From positions 1 through 39,668 of the forward strand of contig NW_021835531.1 of the NCBI RefSeq assembly GCF_006345805.1: 39,668 nt of DNA, read 5' to 3'. Below the pieces are notes generated by a model. It did not search any database. It was not told the origin of the DNA and saw only the letters and a list, made by a program, of their open reading frames with translations. The stretch comes from Octopus sinensis. Taxonomy: Eukaryota. Shown in pieces: positions 1 through 11,848 of this stretch (position 1 is its first letter; every line of letters starts with the position of its first letter). The translations under genes and the position numbers were made by a program.

Positions 1-392
1 ATATTTGGTACTGTCGTTACTGTCCTTTTTTTGTTACCATTTTTACCCCTCCGCAAAAATATCTCAAATTTTATTTAATTTGATTTTCGCGGGAAGGATT
101 GTTTCATTAAAGTCATGTGTCGCCTTGACCTTCGAAACGTGGAGTAGATGAAACAAAGGCGACTGAAGAAGGGAAATTTTCCTTGTTTTGTATGTCCTGT
201 ACTCTAGTTTTTCGTTGTTTAAGAAAAATGTCCAATTCCTTGGTTTTGTGTTTATGTTTTCGTTTCTCATTGTGTTCGACGTTTTTTTGATGTCCTGTAC
301 TGTACCCATATATGCATGTATATATACATGTAGAGGTAGGTACGTACTATATGTATGTATATATGCATATGTTTTATTCATTTAGTAATTTA
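1..392 (+). repeat. Unclassified dispersed repeat, copy 1 (left-truncated by the window edge)
   Basis: Reverse complement of 4330-4712 over its whole length, e.g. ttgtgtttatgttttcgtttctcattgtgttcgacg here versus cgtcgaacacaatgagaaacgaaaacataaacacaa there. Ends in a TA/CATG-rich tail. Confidence 0.8.
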
Positions 393-415
393 TTGTATAT
401 ATTTATATATATACA

Positions 416-565
416 TCAGGCTTCCATTCGATTTCAGCAGCCTACTAAATCCACTCACAAGGCTTTGATAGGCTCGAGACTATAGCCCAAGGTGGCAACG
501 TGGTGGGACCGAACCCGGAACCGTGCTGTTCGAAAGCAAACTTCTACCACAGAGGCACTCCTGCT
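416..565 (-). mobile_element. tRNA-derived SINE (family B), degenerate head fragment
   Basis: aaatccactcacaaggctttg...cccaaggtggcaacgtggtgggaccgaacccggaacc matches the family B copies at 12112-12500 and 21924-22445. Confidence 0.75.
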
Positions 566-566
566 C

Positions 567-578
567 AAATGTATATAT

Positions 579-662
<84 letters not shown>

Positions 663-712
663 CTTACATGTATATATTATATATATATATATAGATATAC
701 ATATATATATAT
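567..712. repeat. (TA)n microsatellite, interrupted
   Basis: Direct reading of the sequence. Confidence 0.95.
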
Positions 713-1260
713 GGCGCGTCTATCCGCGCATGTATGTGTCTGTATATATATTATATATCTTCTTATATAAATATCTATCTTTAAACCTATACACACATAT
801 TAAATATCACTCCTTCAAAATTGTATTGCAAAAACAACGGCGCCAATAAAATGAAAGTTTTACTTGTACTTATAAGAACACATTCTGAAGGCCAGCAAAA
901 AATAAGTAAAAAAAAAAAGAAAAAAATAACAACAATACCTCTCCCAAACACTAAATAATTAAAATTACGAATAATAAAATTATAACTTCTTTAGCTCGGC
1001 ACCAGACCACATATCGAGAAGAAGGTGCGTAAAAAACATTAATAATTTTCTGTCGTGTTGGTGCTTTCAACATGGTGTTGGCAACCCACTTCTAATAATT
1101 CACACTGTACATGGGACATGTTGTGATGTGTATGACGTCATTGAGAGATAAAGAAAAGAATGAGAGGAATAAAATGAATGAAACGAAATAAAATAGATTT
1201 ATGATAAATGAGACATGGTTTCAAGTTATAAAGTTACTTTCACTGTATATATATATAAAC

Positions 1261-2735
1261 CATACATACTACATACATACAATACATACATACATACATA
1301 CATACATACACACATACATACTACAACACATACATACATACATCATTCACACATACAGACATACATACATACATACCTACAACATACATACTACATGCAT
1401 GCATACATACATACATACATTCACACATACATACATACATACATACATACATACACATTCACATACTACATACATACATACACATACATACATACATTCA
1501 CACAACATAATACATACATACATACATACACATACATACATACATACACCCCATACATACATACATACATGCATGCATACATCATACATACATTCACACA
1601 TACATACATACATACATACATCACACATACATCCATACATACATTCACACATACATCATACATACATAACATACATACATACATACATACACAACATACA
1701 TACATACTACATTTCATACATACATACATACATACACACACACATACATACATACACACATACATGCATACATACATACATTCACACATACATACATACA
1801 TACATTCACACATACATACATACATACATTCACACATACATACATACATACATACATACATACATACATACATACATACACACATACATACATACATACA
1901 TACATACATACATACATACATACATACATCACATACATACATACATACATACATCTACATACATACCATTCATACATACCTACACACACACACATACATA
2001 CATACATACACTCCATCATACATACATACATCACACATACATACATACATACATTCACACATACATACATACATACATACATACATACATTCACACATAC
2101 ATACATACCATACATACATACATTCACACATACACCATCATACATACATACATACATACATTCACACATACATACATACATACATACAACATACATACCT
2201 ACATACATGCATGCATACATACATACATACATACATTCACACATACATACATACATACATTCATCACACATACATACATACATACATACATACAGCACAC
2301 ATACATACACACAATACATACATACATACATACATGCATGCATACATACATACATACTAGACATACATACATACATACATACATTCACACATACTATACA
2401 CATACCTACAACACATACACACACACATACATACATACATACATACATTCACACATACACTACAGACATACATCAACATACATGCATGCATACATACATA
2501 CATACATCCCTACATTCACACATACATACATACATACATACATTCATACATACATACATACACACATTCACACATACATACATACATCAGACATACACAC
2601 ATACACACACACATACATACATACATGCTGCATACATACATACATACATACATACATTCACACATACATACATACATACATACATACATTCACACATACT
2701 ACATAACACACATACATACATAACATACACACCAC
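1261..2735. repeat. Long imperfect (CATA)n tetranucleotide array with recurring cattcacac variant
   Basis: ~1.45 kb of catacata with repeated catacattcacacata units. It generates the HTYI and MYVC pseudo-ORFs. Confidence 0.95.
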
Positions 2736-2808
2736 ACATAATATATATATATATATAATATATATATATTTATATATATATATTTATATATTGATAAATA
2801 TATATATT

Positions 2809-3082
2809 GTGAAGGCGCGTGGCTTAGTGGTTAGGGCATTTGGCTCAAGATCGTAAGGTCATGAGTTCAATTCCCGGCGACGCGTTTGTCTTTGAGCAAA
2901 ACGCTTTATTTCACGTTAATCCTGTCCATTCAGCTGGCAAAAATGAGTAGTACCTGTATTTCAGGTACTGAATCTGCCTGAGAACTACGTTTATGGTACA
3001 CGTGTCTGTGGGTTACTCAGCCACTTGCACGTTAATTTGACGAACAAGCTTTCCATTGATCGTATCAGCTGGGGACCCTCGT
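2809..3082 (+). mobile_element. tRNA-derived CORE-type SINE (family C)
   Basis: A-box-like tggcttagtggttagg, B-box gagttcaattccc, CORE-like tttgagcaaaacgctttatttcacg, then a body ending in accctcgtcgt. Confidence 0.85.
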
Positions 3083-3173
3083 CGTAGTTCTCAGAGAGAT
3101 TCAGCGTGACCCAGAATGTGACAAGGCTGGCCCTTTCAAATACAAGTACTACTCATTTTTGCCAGCTGAGTGG
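3083..3173 (-). mobile_element. Inverted fragment of the family C SINE body
   Basis: 3138-3173 is the reverse complement of 2926-2961 (2 mismatches in 36). 3083-3105 is the reverse complement of 2967-2989. Confidence 0.85.
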
Positions 3174-3299
3174 CATATATATATATCTAAGCACATATAT
3201 ACACATATACATAAATATGTATTTATAAATATGTATTTAAATATACATATATCTACATACATATATGTATATAGATCTATGAATATGCATAAATGTACC

Positions 3300-3404
3300 T
3301 TTTGCTCTCTTTCTCTCTCTCTCTCTATGTATATTATATATATATGTGTGTGTGAGTATGTGTATGTTATGTATATGTATATGTATTATATATATATATG
3401 TATG

Positions 3405-3444
<40 letters not shown>

Positions 3445-3469
3445 TGGTGTTTTGTGTGTGTGTGTGTTG

Positions 3470-3500
<31 letters not shown>

Positions 3501-3505
3501 GTATA
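3300..3505. repeat. Compound (CT)n/(TA)n/(TG)n microsatellite
   Basis: Direct reading of the sequence. Confidence 0.9.
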
Positions 3506-3519
3506 CACGCAATGTCAGG

Positions 3520-4055
3520 TCACTTTCGAGTGACACGTAACCCAGTACAACCTGTTGCATGGTCGGGTCGTTGGCGACTAAACCGGCAACCCCACCAAGC
3601 TTGCTTAGTGATGAGGGTGTTTATTGGACACCCTGCGTGATGAAAAACAAAACCAGTCAAAGGCCATCCAAGAGTCAACGGCCATCCAAGAGTCAACGGC
3701 CATCCAATAAATGTCTTCAGGCTGTATCATGCGCGCGGACATAGAAATAATCGGACTGAATACCCGATCGCACGGTTAATCCATTGGGAGTGAAAGACTC
3801 CTAGCCTTTGTTAGGGCATCCTTCTAGGAGAAGGTAACTCAGGTAACTGGGATAACTCCGACATAAAACCTGCGGCTCAGTGGTTACCGATGATGTTGAC
3901 TTGTTCTTCTTTTCGGATAATGGCTGCTGTTGCTTAGTGAGTGGGATTGACACAGTGCACAGCCTTTCCTCACTTAAAAAAAATCTTCTTGCACAACATT
4001 GATTAAGCTTCGTGCAATCGCCATACTCGATAACGAGGGGGCAGCCACCGTATAC
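3520..4055 (+). mobile_element. Possible 5' UTR relic of an RTE-type LINE
   Basis: GC-richer island containing tagcctttgttagggcatccttctaggagaaggtaactc...aaaacctg, which from memory resembles RTE-clade 5' UTR motifs. No ORF follows. Confidence 0.35.
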
Positions 4056-4064
4056 ACGCAAACA

Positions 4065-4165
4065 CCTGGGTTAGTGGTTAGCGTGTCGCGATGATAATGG
4101 CGTTGGTTCAGTTCCTGAACCAGGCGGCAGGTTTTCACGTGAGCAAGGTACTTCATTTCATGTTT
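4065..4165 (+). mobile_element. Degenerate tRNA-derived SINE head
   Basis: gggttagtggttagcg (A-box-like), ggttcagttcc (B-box-like), gagcaaggtacttcatttca (CORE-like). Confidence 0.5.
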
Positions 4166-4221
4166 TTATAGCCTACACAACCGAGAGCTAGAGTAGACTT
4201 TTCTATCTTCAGCTGTCGATT

Positions 4222-4255
<34 letters not shown>

Positions 4256-4329
4256 ACACACACACAACACACACACATTAAGATAAAACTTATTTAAAAG
4301 TGGATGCGTGCGTTCTATCATATAATAAC

Positions 4330-4712
4330 AAAATAATAAATAAAACATATGCATATATACATGCATATATGTACGTACCTACATCTATATGTATATATAC
4401 ATGCATATATGTGTACAGGACACCAAAAAGAAAACGTCGAACACAATGAGAAACGAAAACATAAACACAAAACCAAGGAAATGGACATTTTTCTTAAATA
4501 ACGAAAAAATAGTGTACAAGACACAAGGAACATTCCCCTTCTTCAGCCGCCTCTGTTTCTTCTACTCCACGTTTTGAAGGTAAAGGCGAGACACAACTTC
4601 ATTGAAACAGTCCTTCCCGCAAAAGCAAATTAAATAAAATTTGAGATTTTTTTGCGGAGGGGTAAAAATGGTAGCAAAAACAGGACAGTAAAAACAATAC
4701 AGATTATAAGCA
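4330..4712 (-). repeat. Unclassified dispersed repeat, copy 2 (inverted relative to 1-392)
   Basis: Reverse-complement match to 1-392. Confidence 0.8.
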
Positions 4713-4927
4713 GTAAAAGACAGGACAAGGAGAATAACGGTAACACGAACATTAAGGGCTGTTAAGCCAGAGCGAATGAAAAAAATATATTGAACGTTTT
4801 GAAATATATATATATATTATATATATAATATATATATATATATATATCTATAATATATATATATATATATATATTATATAGTATTATGTGCCTATATATA
4901 TGTAAATATATATATGTATATATAGAA

Positions 4928-5005
<78 letters not shown>

Positions 5006-5509
5006 ATATATATAAATATAAATACGTACATACACGCACATACATGTGTGTGCGTGCGTGTTTGTGTGTGAGAGCGTATATGTATAACGTACATTACATT
5101 TACAGATACAATATAGCCTATGTATATATGTATATATTCCTATATTTGACAATATATATACATATATTTATACATACATATATGCATACATATATTAATT
5201 GATGAGTATGTGTATCTAGGCATATATGAATGTATAATATAATATGATATAATATATATTATATTGATAGACAACATTGATAGAACAATGATGAAAATGC
5301 GGTCAAGTAGTGGCCAAAATTATTCGTCTTCTACAAGGGGTCTGGCAGCTGCAAGCCCCTGTTCGGATAGGTTTAATTAAAGATGTGTCAAAAAAATAGA
5401 AGAAAGAAAATGATTTTTAAACCATATGTCTGTCTGTCTGTGTGTATGTATGAATGTTTGCATGTATGTATTCAAGTATACTATATATGTAATTTTATGT
5501 ATATAAAAG

Positions 5510-5571
<62 letters not shown>

Positions 5572-6029
5572 TATTTGTATACATGTGTATATATTGTATG
5601 CGCGCGCGTGTGTGTATGGTGTATAAGAGCGTTGTAGTTCGCTTGAAGCTTTATAATATTAAAGAACGTAAAAAAGAAAAAAACCAGAAAGCTTCTGATA
5701 ATGCGGTAAGTATTACAAAGCCATTATAATTCAGGTGCCACGGCCCATCTTCAGAAGAAAAACAGTCTGGAAAATGTCCAGTTACAAAGATTCCGTTAAC
5801 CCATTCAAATCAGCTAGCGTTACGCTACATACGGTTAGAGGATCGGAATGGATTAACGGAATCTGCGCAACTGAAAGCTACAAGTTCTCTACAGAGATGG
5901 CACCACCAACAAGAGTATTGTACACAAATGAATAAAGAAGCATTAAAGTAGCGAGGAAACCAGCATTGAGAACAAACCATACAGCTGGAGACCATCAACT
6001 GCAACCACTGACTCGAGTGAATATACGTC

Positions 6030-6660
6030 TCCAGATGAGTCCCTATCTGTGAGCTCATTGTGAAGTGAAGCTTACTGCTTGACTGTGGTGGTAATGAATT
6101 ATAGAAAATGCTCGAAGATTCGGGCATCGGAAAGTGTATGCAAAGCGGCTACCTCGGCAATTGACAAGTGATTTTGCTGGAGAGGTGGTTCGGAGTTTGC
6201 TCTGATCTGCCCGAAGCATTTGGAGCCAATGAAAACATGTTTTTTCTTTCAATTTAGTTAACGTGGTTCTACCATGAACAGCGAGAGGTACACTGAAGCT
6301 CTCAAAGAGCTCAGAAAATCTATTAAGAAGACAGCGAAGAATGTGAAAGACAACCCATATTCACCATGATAATGCCCGTCCAGTCCACACATTCTGGGCA
6401 ACAAACCAGGCAATCATCAAATTGGGCTGGTCACTGGACGTCCATCTACCATACAGCCAGAATTTGGTATGGTACCCTTTGATTCCCACCTGTTCAGTTC
6501 AATGAAGGTAAGTCTTTGGGGACAAAGATTTGATGATAAAAACAAGGCTAAAGTGGATGTGAAGAAGTGGATACAACAGTGCACACCTGAATTTTTCAAA
6601 GAAAATTCGGGAGTTAAACGATAGCATAAATGAATTGCTTGCGATTAGTTGAGTTGTACC
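6030..6660 (+). pseudogene. Degenerate mariner transposase fragment with internal deletion and frameshifts
   Basis: GHRKVYAKRLPRQLT (~6122, WVPxxL-like), HHDNARP (~6362), LPYSQNL...DSHLFSSMKVSLWGQRF (~6445-6525, YSPDL-like). The first catalytic-Asp region is missing. Confidence 0.85.
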
Positions 6661-6859
6661 TTTGTATAGAAGAGTTATTCTTCCAAATGTGCACCTTGAA
6701 CGACTTATGTCAGTTAATAGAAAAAAACAAAAAAAACAAACGTTTTGTCAATTTTCGGCAGAAAGTGATGCACATGTGAATATGACTGTTACAATGGAAC
6801 CACAAGGTAAAAGATTTGGGGTGAGAGGCCAGTATTTTGACTAGCTCTTAACTGAATTT

Positions 6860-7180
6860 AACCCAAACAGTTACACGATAATTTTTTTTCATCGATCTCA
6901 AAGGACGAAATGCAAATTTGTCGGCGAGGGGATTTGAAATCAGAATCAAAAGAGCCGAAATAAATACCATGAAGCATTTCATCCGACGCTCTAACGATTC
7001 TGCCAGATCGCTGCCTTTAATTGCTTCTAACATCGAGACAGGTTCCGAAATTTCGAGGGGTTATACGATGCTGTCGACTCCTGAGTTTGACTCGTACTTT
7101 ATTGTATTGACTCTGAAAGGATGAAATTATAACTTGAGTTTGGCGGGATTTGAACTCAGAACGTAAAGAGCTGGAATAAA
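6860..7180 (-). mobile_element. Two degenerate family A SINE fragments
   Basis: catcgatctcaaaggacgaaatg...gatttgaaatcagaa...ctaacgattctgccagatcgctgcc and ctctgaaaggatgaaa...ggcgggatttgaactcagaacgtaaag, homologous to 9231-9460. Confidence 0.75.
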
Positions 7181-7745
7181 AGCAATACAACAACAAGAAA
7201 AAAAATGTAGCAACATTGACAATGTCGACGACGACAATAACAACAACAACAATAAACAAGTCAAAGATTTCCGTCCAAGGGAACATAAACAGATTTTATA
7301 ATAAGATTTGATGTAGAGTCGTTTATCCGTTTACCAAAGCCAAAAATTATGTAAGTAATGGATTCTATGAGAGTGGCGCCGGATGAAGAAATATAAATAT
7401 ATAAATAAAAACCAGAACGTAAAAGAAACAAAAACAACAATATATATAGCAACATTAACAACGGGATGTATGACACGGTTGACGTAGCAGCCGGCTTACG
7501 ATACCAACCGCCATAGTAATAATAATTACTACAATTATATTAATAATAACGATGATGGCAGGCATGCCGAAGTAAATTGAATTATTCCTATCCAGTCAGC
7601 CCAGTATGTATGTATGTATGTATGTATGTATGTATGTTGTATGTATGTTTGATGTATGTTGTATGTATGTATGTATGTTTGATTATGTTTATCATGTATG
7701 CATACTATATGTATGTGCATCTATATATATGTATATGTATGTGCA

Positions 7746-7788
<43 letters not shown>

Positions 7789-7997
7789 AACACCGTATAC
7801 ATATGTGTATCCTTTGCGAGAGTGCACGTCTGTTTTTATGATCTGTGTGTATATGTATGTATGTATGTATGTATAATATATACATACATATATATTATAT
7901 ATAATATATATATGTATATTATATATATTCATACATATGTATATATATAATATATATACACATATATATGTATGTATATATAATATATGTATATATA

Positions 7998-8033
<36 letters not shown>

Positions 8034-8489
8034 TGTGTATGTATGTATGTATGTGTGTTTGTGAGTGCGTGTGTGTGTGTGTGTGCGCGCATACGCACAC
8101 ACAATCCTGTAACTAATCTTATATTTCAAAGTGTGAAGTTTCGCGGGTTCATTAGGTTCTTAAGTCCCAGAACTGTCAAATATCGCGTGGGTGGTGGGTG
8201 TAGCGCGTCTATTTCGTGATTTAACTCCCCCTAAATATTAACCCCCACCACATATATATCTGTGTAAATGCATTCATATTTACGCATGTGTATGTATACA
8301 TGTGCGTATCTATATATGGTGTGTTTATTTTTACAGTCTCAAACAATGCAAAACGTGATGATATAAAACTATTTATATGAGAAAAATATATTTATTAATA
8401 TGAATACAGTTTGTATGAGTGCTTGGGACTTTATAATAACATGCGCATTAGTAATAACAACAATAGCAATGATAATAATAATAATAATG

Positions 8490-9230
8490 ATTTCATTTAT
8501 TTGCCACAAGGGCGTAGGATGAGGGAACAATACAAAGACAGACGAAAAGTGTGTGGGTTTACATATAATGAAATGATTAAAAAAATTAAGTATACATGAT
8601 ATATATTGAAATAGAAGGGACACATACATAACATACAAACGCTATAAAAAATGTGGCGGAAAAGATGATGGATCTTTTCGGTTTGAACGGCAGTTTTTAA
8701 CATAATTTCTAGGTAACTAAAATATTTTAAACTTCGTATACTAGTAGACTGTGTTTATAAAACATCTTTTTCTCTTGGCTTTATTGAGAAAATTCTATTG
8801 TTTGTAAGATATTTGTTGCTTTTTTTCTTCAATTTCTGCAATTTCAACCAATCACTGACGTCCATTGAGGTAAAAAACATTCTGTGCCGTATGAATATGT
8901 CCCTTGTTTAAGAAACAGATTGGGTTTATTTACATTTGTGAAGAAAAAAAAGATACCCTTCCCCCCACCCCTAACCCTAACCTTAACCCTAACTCTAAAA
9001 CAGATTGAAATGCAATAGATCGATACTAGGGTCATAATTATGGGTGACAATTTCATACGACACCACTAGAAAAAACTGCCGTTCAAACCGAAAAGATCCA
9101 AGATGATAAAAAAATGGCGGGGAGGATGACCTCTAGGGATAATCGAGAAACCCCACTGTCCCGGATTTCCTTGAAAGCTCCGAAACAAGTCCCCTCCCCA
9201 ATTCCTTCTCTCCGACTCACAGGTCTACAC
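8490..9230 (-). mobile_element. Probable LINE 3' end (interrupted by the MITE at 8670-9099; partly duplicated at 11117-11323)
   Basis: Minus strand ends ttgtggcAATAAAtgaaatc followed by an (ATT)n tail. No recognisable protein motif. Confidence 0.35.
8670..9099. mobile_element. 430-bp MITE with 29-bp perfect TIRs, 8-bp TSD and internal (CCCTAA)-like repeats; Merlin-like
   Basis: TIR ggatcttttcggtttgaacggcagttttt at both ends. TSD aagatgat at 8662-8669 and 9100-9107. Empty site at 11190-11197. ccctaa/ccttaa/ctctaa x5 at 8969-8998. The superfamily call (GG termini plus 8-bp TSD) is an inference. Confidence 0.9.
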
Positions 9231-9458
9231 TTTTTCTACCAAAGGCACAAGGCCTGAAATTTTGGGGGAGTGGGGAGGGGTGGGTGGGCTAGTTGATTAC
9301 CCCCCCCCCCCAGTGCTTCGCTGGTACTTAATTTATCGACTACGAAAGGATGAAAGGCAAAGTCGACCTCGGCGGAATTTGAACTCAGAACGTGGAGACG
9401 GACGAAATGCCGCTCAGCAGTCTGCCCAGCGTGCTGGCGATTCTTCCAACTCACCGCC

Positions 9459-9460
<2 letters not shown>
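9231..9460 (-). mobile_element. tRNA-derived SINE (family A), near full length
   Basis: Minus strand has an A-box-like head, B-box gagttcaaattcc (9374-9386) and core gtcgactttgcctttcatcctttcgtagtcgataaattaagtaccag. Its head abuts an (AAT)n tract at 9461-9521. Confidence 0.9.
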
Positions 9461-9522
<62 letters not shown>

Positions 9523-9524
<2 letters not shown>

Positions 9525-10078
9525 GCCCTGATGCAGTACCAGGCAGTGGCTCTCATGGCTTCTGATCTTAACTGATTGGAAGTGTTATCATGTACATTGT
9601 TTTGTCTTGGTATAAGAGATGGGCTACAGCAAATATTCTGCTCAATACCACAGATTTGCTTGTCAGTTGTTTGACCTTAACCAGTTGAGCATGTCCCTTA
9701 GTGGCTGACGATATGTGCATCTCTGATCACGAGCAGAAGTAGTAGGGAAGCATCATAGCCATGTGTTGAGAAGGGTTCTTTGGGGTTTGAATAATTCACC
9801 TCTGGAAACATGGGTGTTTCGTTCAACGTCCTTAAACAACCCTTATTCAGGGACCTTTTGAGCGGGATGGGTTACTCGATCTGAAGAAAATTCTAACTGG
9901 GCTCCACCTGCAAGGTCATGTGCTGTTTATCTTGATATGAGATCACCATGTCGCGCACATATGGTTGTGATGCATGTGCCTGGTGTACCCTTATCAGACG
10001 GGTAGTCATGATGGGTATACTGGGCTTCGTATATTTTACCCCAGTGTCACTTTGATGGCATGCTCTGTTCGCTCACTC
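9523..10078 (+). mobile_element. ~555-bp non-coding element embedded in (AAT)n, copy 1
   Basis: Near-identical to 16318-16872 and 10197-10704. (AAT)n tracts flank both ends. Confidence 0.85.
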
Positions 10079-10100
10079 AATGATGATAATAACAATAATA

Positions 10101-10171
<71 letters not shown>

Positions 10172-10196
10172 TAATAATAATAATAATAATAATCAT

Positions 10197-10704
10197 ACTG
10201 ATTGGAAGTGTTATCATGTATATTGTTTTGTCTTGGTATAAAAGATGGGCTACAGCAAATATTCTGCTCAATACCACAGATTTGCTTGTCAGTTGTTTGA
10301 CCATAACCAGTTGAGCATGTCCCTTAGTGGCTGACGATATGTGCATCTCTGATCACGAGCAGAAGTAGTGGGGGAACATCATAACCGTGTGTTGAAAAGA
10401 ATTCTTTGGGGTTTGGATAATTCACCTTTGGAAACATGGGTAGTTCGTTTAGCATCTTTAAACAATCCTTATTTAGGGACCTTTTGAGTGGGATGGGGTA
10501 CTCTACCTGAAGAAAATTCTAACTGGGCACCACCTGAAAGGTCATGCACTGTTAATCTTGATATGAGATCACCATGTCGCACACATATCGTTGTGATGCA
10601 TGTGCCTAGTGTACGCTTATCAGACGAGTAGTCATGATGGGTATACTGGGCTTCGTATATTTTACCCCAGTGTCACTTTGATAGCATGCATTGCTCTCTC
10701 ATTC
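10197..10704 (+). mobile_element. ~555-bp (AAT)n-embedded element, copy 2, left end truncated
   Basis: Starts at actgattggaagtg, lacking the first ~50 bp. Shares the right end ctc(a/t)ttc/ctcactc + aataat. Confidence 0.85.
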
Positions 10705-10755
<51 letters not shown>

Positions 10756-10904
10756 TTCTTTATTAACCACCAGGGTTTACATTAAGAAAAACATTATGGG
10801 CAGCACAGACAAAACAGATCCTTTCTACTGAAGGCATAAGATCTGAAATTTGAGGAGGGGGATAATCGATTACATCGACCCCAGTACTCAGCTGGTACTT
10901 ATTT

Positions 10905-11014
10905 TTTGCTGTAGCTAATATTTTATACCAAGACAAAACATGTAGATGATAATACTTTCAATCATTTAAGATCAGAAGCCATGAGAGCCAGTGTCTGGTA
11001 CTGCATCATGGCAT
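10905..11014 (-). mobile_element. Inverted fragment of the first ~110 bp of the 555-bp element
   Basis: Reverse complement of atgccctgatgcagtaccaggcagtggctctcatggcttctgatctt...gctacagcaaa. Confidence 0.8.
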
Positions 11015-11323
11015 CTTATAATAATTCTAATAATCCTTTCTACTAAAGGCACAAGGCCTGAAACTTTTGGGGAGGTGGGAGGTGGGAGCTAGTTGATTAC
11101 GTCGAACCCAGTGTTAAGTATACATGATATACATTGAAAAAGAAGGGACACATACATAACATACAAAAGATATAAAAATTGTGGCGGAAAAGATGATAAA
11201 AAAATGGCGGGGAGGATGACCTCTAGGGATAATCGAGAAACCCCACTATCCGAGATTTCCTTGAAAGCTCCGAAACAAGTACCCCCCCCCCCAATTCCTT
11301 CTCTCCGACTCACAGGTCTACAC

Positions 11324-11553
11324 TTTTTCTACCAAAGGAACAAGGCCTGAAATTTTGGGGGAGTGGGGAGGGGTGGGTGGGCTAGTCGATTACATCACCC
11401 CCAGTGTTTTGCTGGTACTTAAGTTATCAATCCCCCGAAAGAATGAAAGGCAAAGTCGATCTCGGCGGAATTTAAACTCAAAACGTAAAGACGGACGAAA
11501 TGCCGGTCAGCACTTTGCCCGGTGTGCTAACGAGTCTGCCAATTCGCCGCCTT
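11324..11553 (-). mobile_element. Family A SINE (paralog of 9231-9460 within a local duplication)
   Basis: Same sequence and same left flank as 9231-9460. Confidence 0.9.
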
Positions 11554-11582
11554 AACAACAACAACAACAACAACAACAACAT

Positions 11583-11727
11583 ACCTTTCTACTATAGACA
11601 CAAAGCCTGAAACTTTGTGGGAGGTGGGAGGGCTATTTTGATTTCATCGACCCTAGTGCGTAACTGGTATTTATTTCATCGACCCCGAAGGGATGAAAGG
11701 CGAAGTCGGCATCGGCGGAATTTGAAC
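11583..11727 (-). mobile_element. Family A SINE, truncated within the B-box
   Basis: aactggtatttatttcatcgaccccgaagggatgaaaggcgaagtcggcatcggcggaatttgaac. Confidence 0.85.
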
Positions 11728-11848
11728 AATAAATTGATAAATTAGAATACATGCAGTTTTTTTATCGATACAATGATATCTTAAGATGCAAAGACATGTA
11801 CTACACCCCCGCCTCATACATACACACGCGTGCTCTCTCTCTCATATA

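Noticed and set aside
128-185. cgaaacgt followed by ctgaagaaggg, suggestive of a type II hammerhead (also at ~4530-4580, minus)
   Set aside because: The cleavage triplet would be GUG, helix II is mostly G.U pairs, there is no helix I, and the second copy has lost GAAAC.
1201-2758. 501-aa, 381-aa and overlapping HTYI/MYVC ORFs
   Set aside because: Translations of the stop-free (CATA)n array, open in several frames on both strands.
2815-2880. tRNA genes at the SINE heads (also ~14385 and ~4065)
   Set aside because: A and B boxes are present, but there is no complete cloverleaf or acceptor stem, and they continue into SINE bodies.
5725-5756. Minus-strand CUGAAGA-U-GGGCC-gu-GGCACC-UGAAUU hammerhead-like string
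   Set aside because: Lacks GAAA with A15.1, has a bulged U before G12, and no helix I partner.
9523-10078. Possible HDV, twister or hammerhead ribozyme in the 555-bp element (ctgatgcag, ctgacgat, ctgaagaa, aagcccag motifs)
   Set aside because: None has a correctly placed GAAA/helix II or the required pseudoknots when folded by hand.
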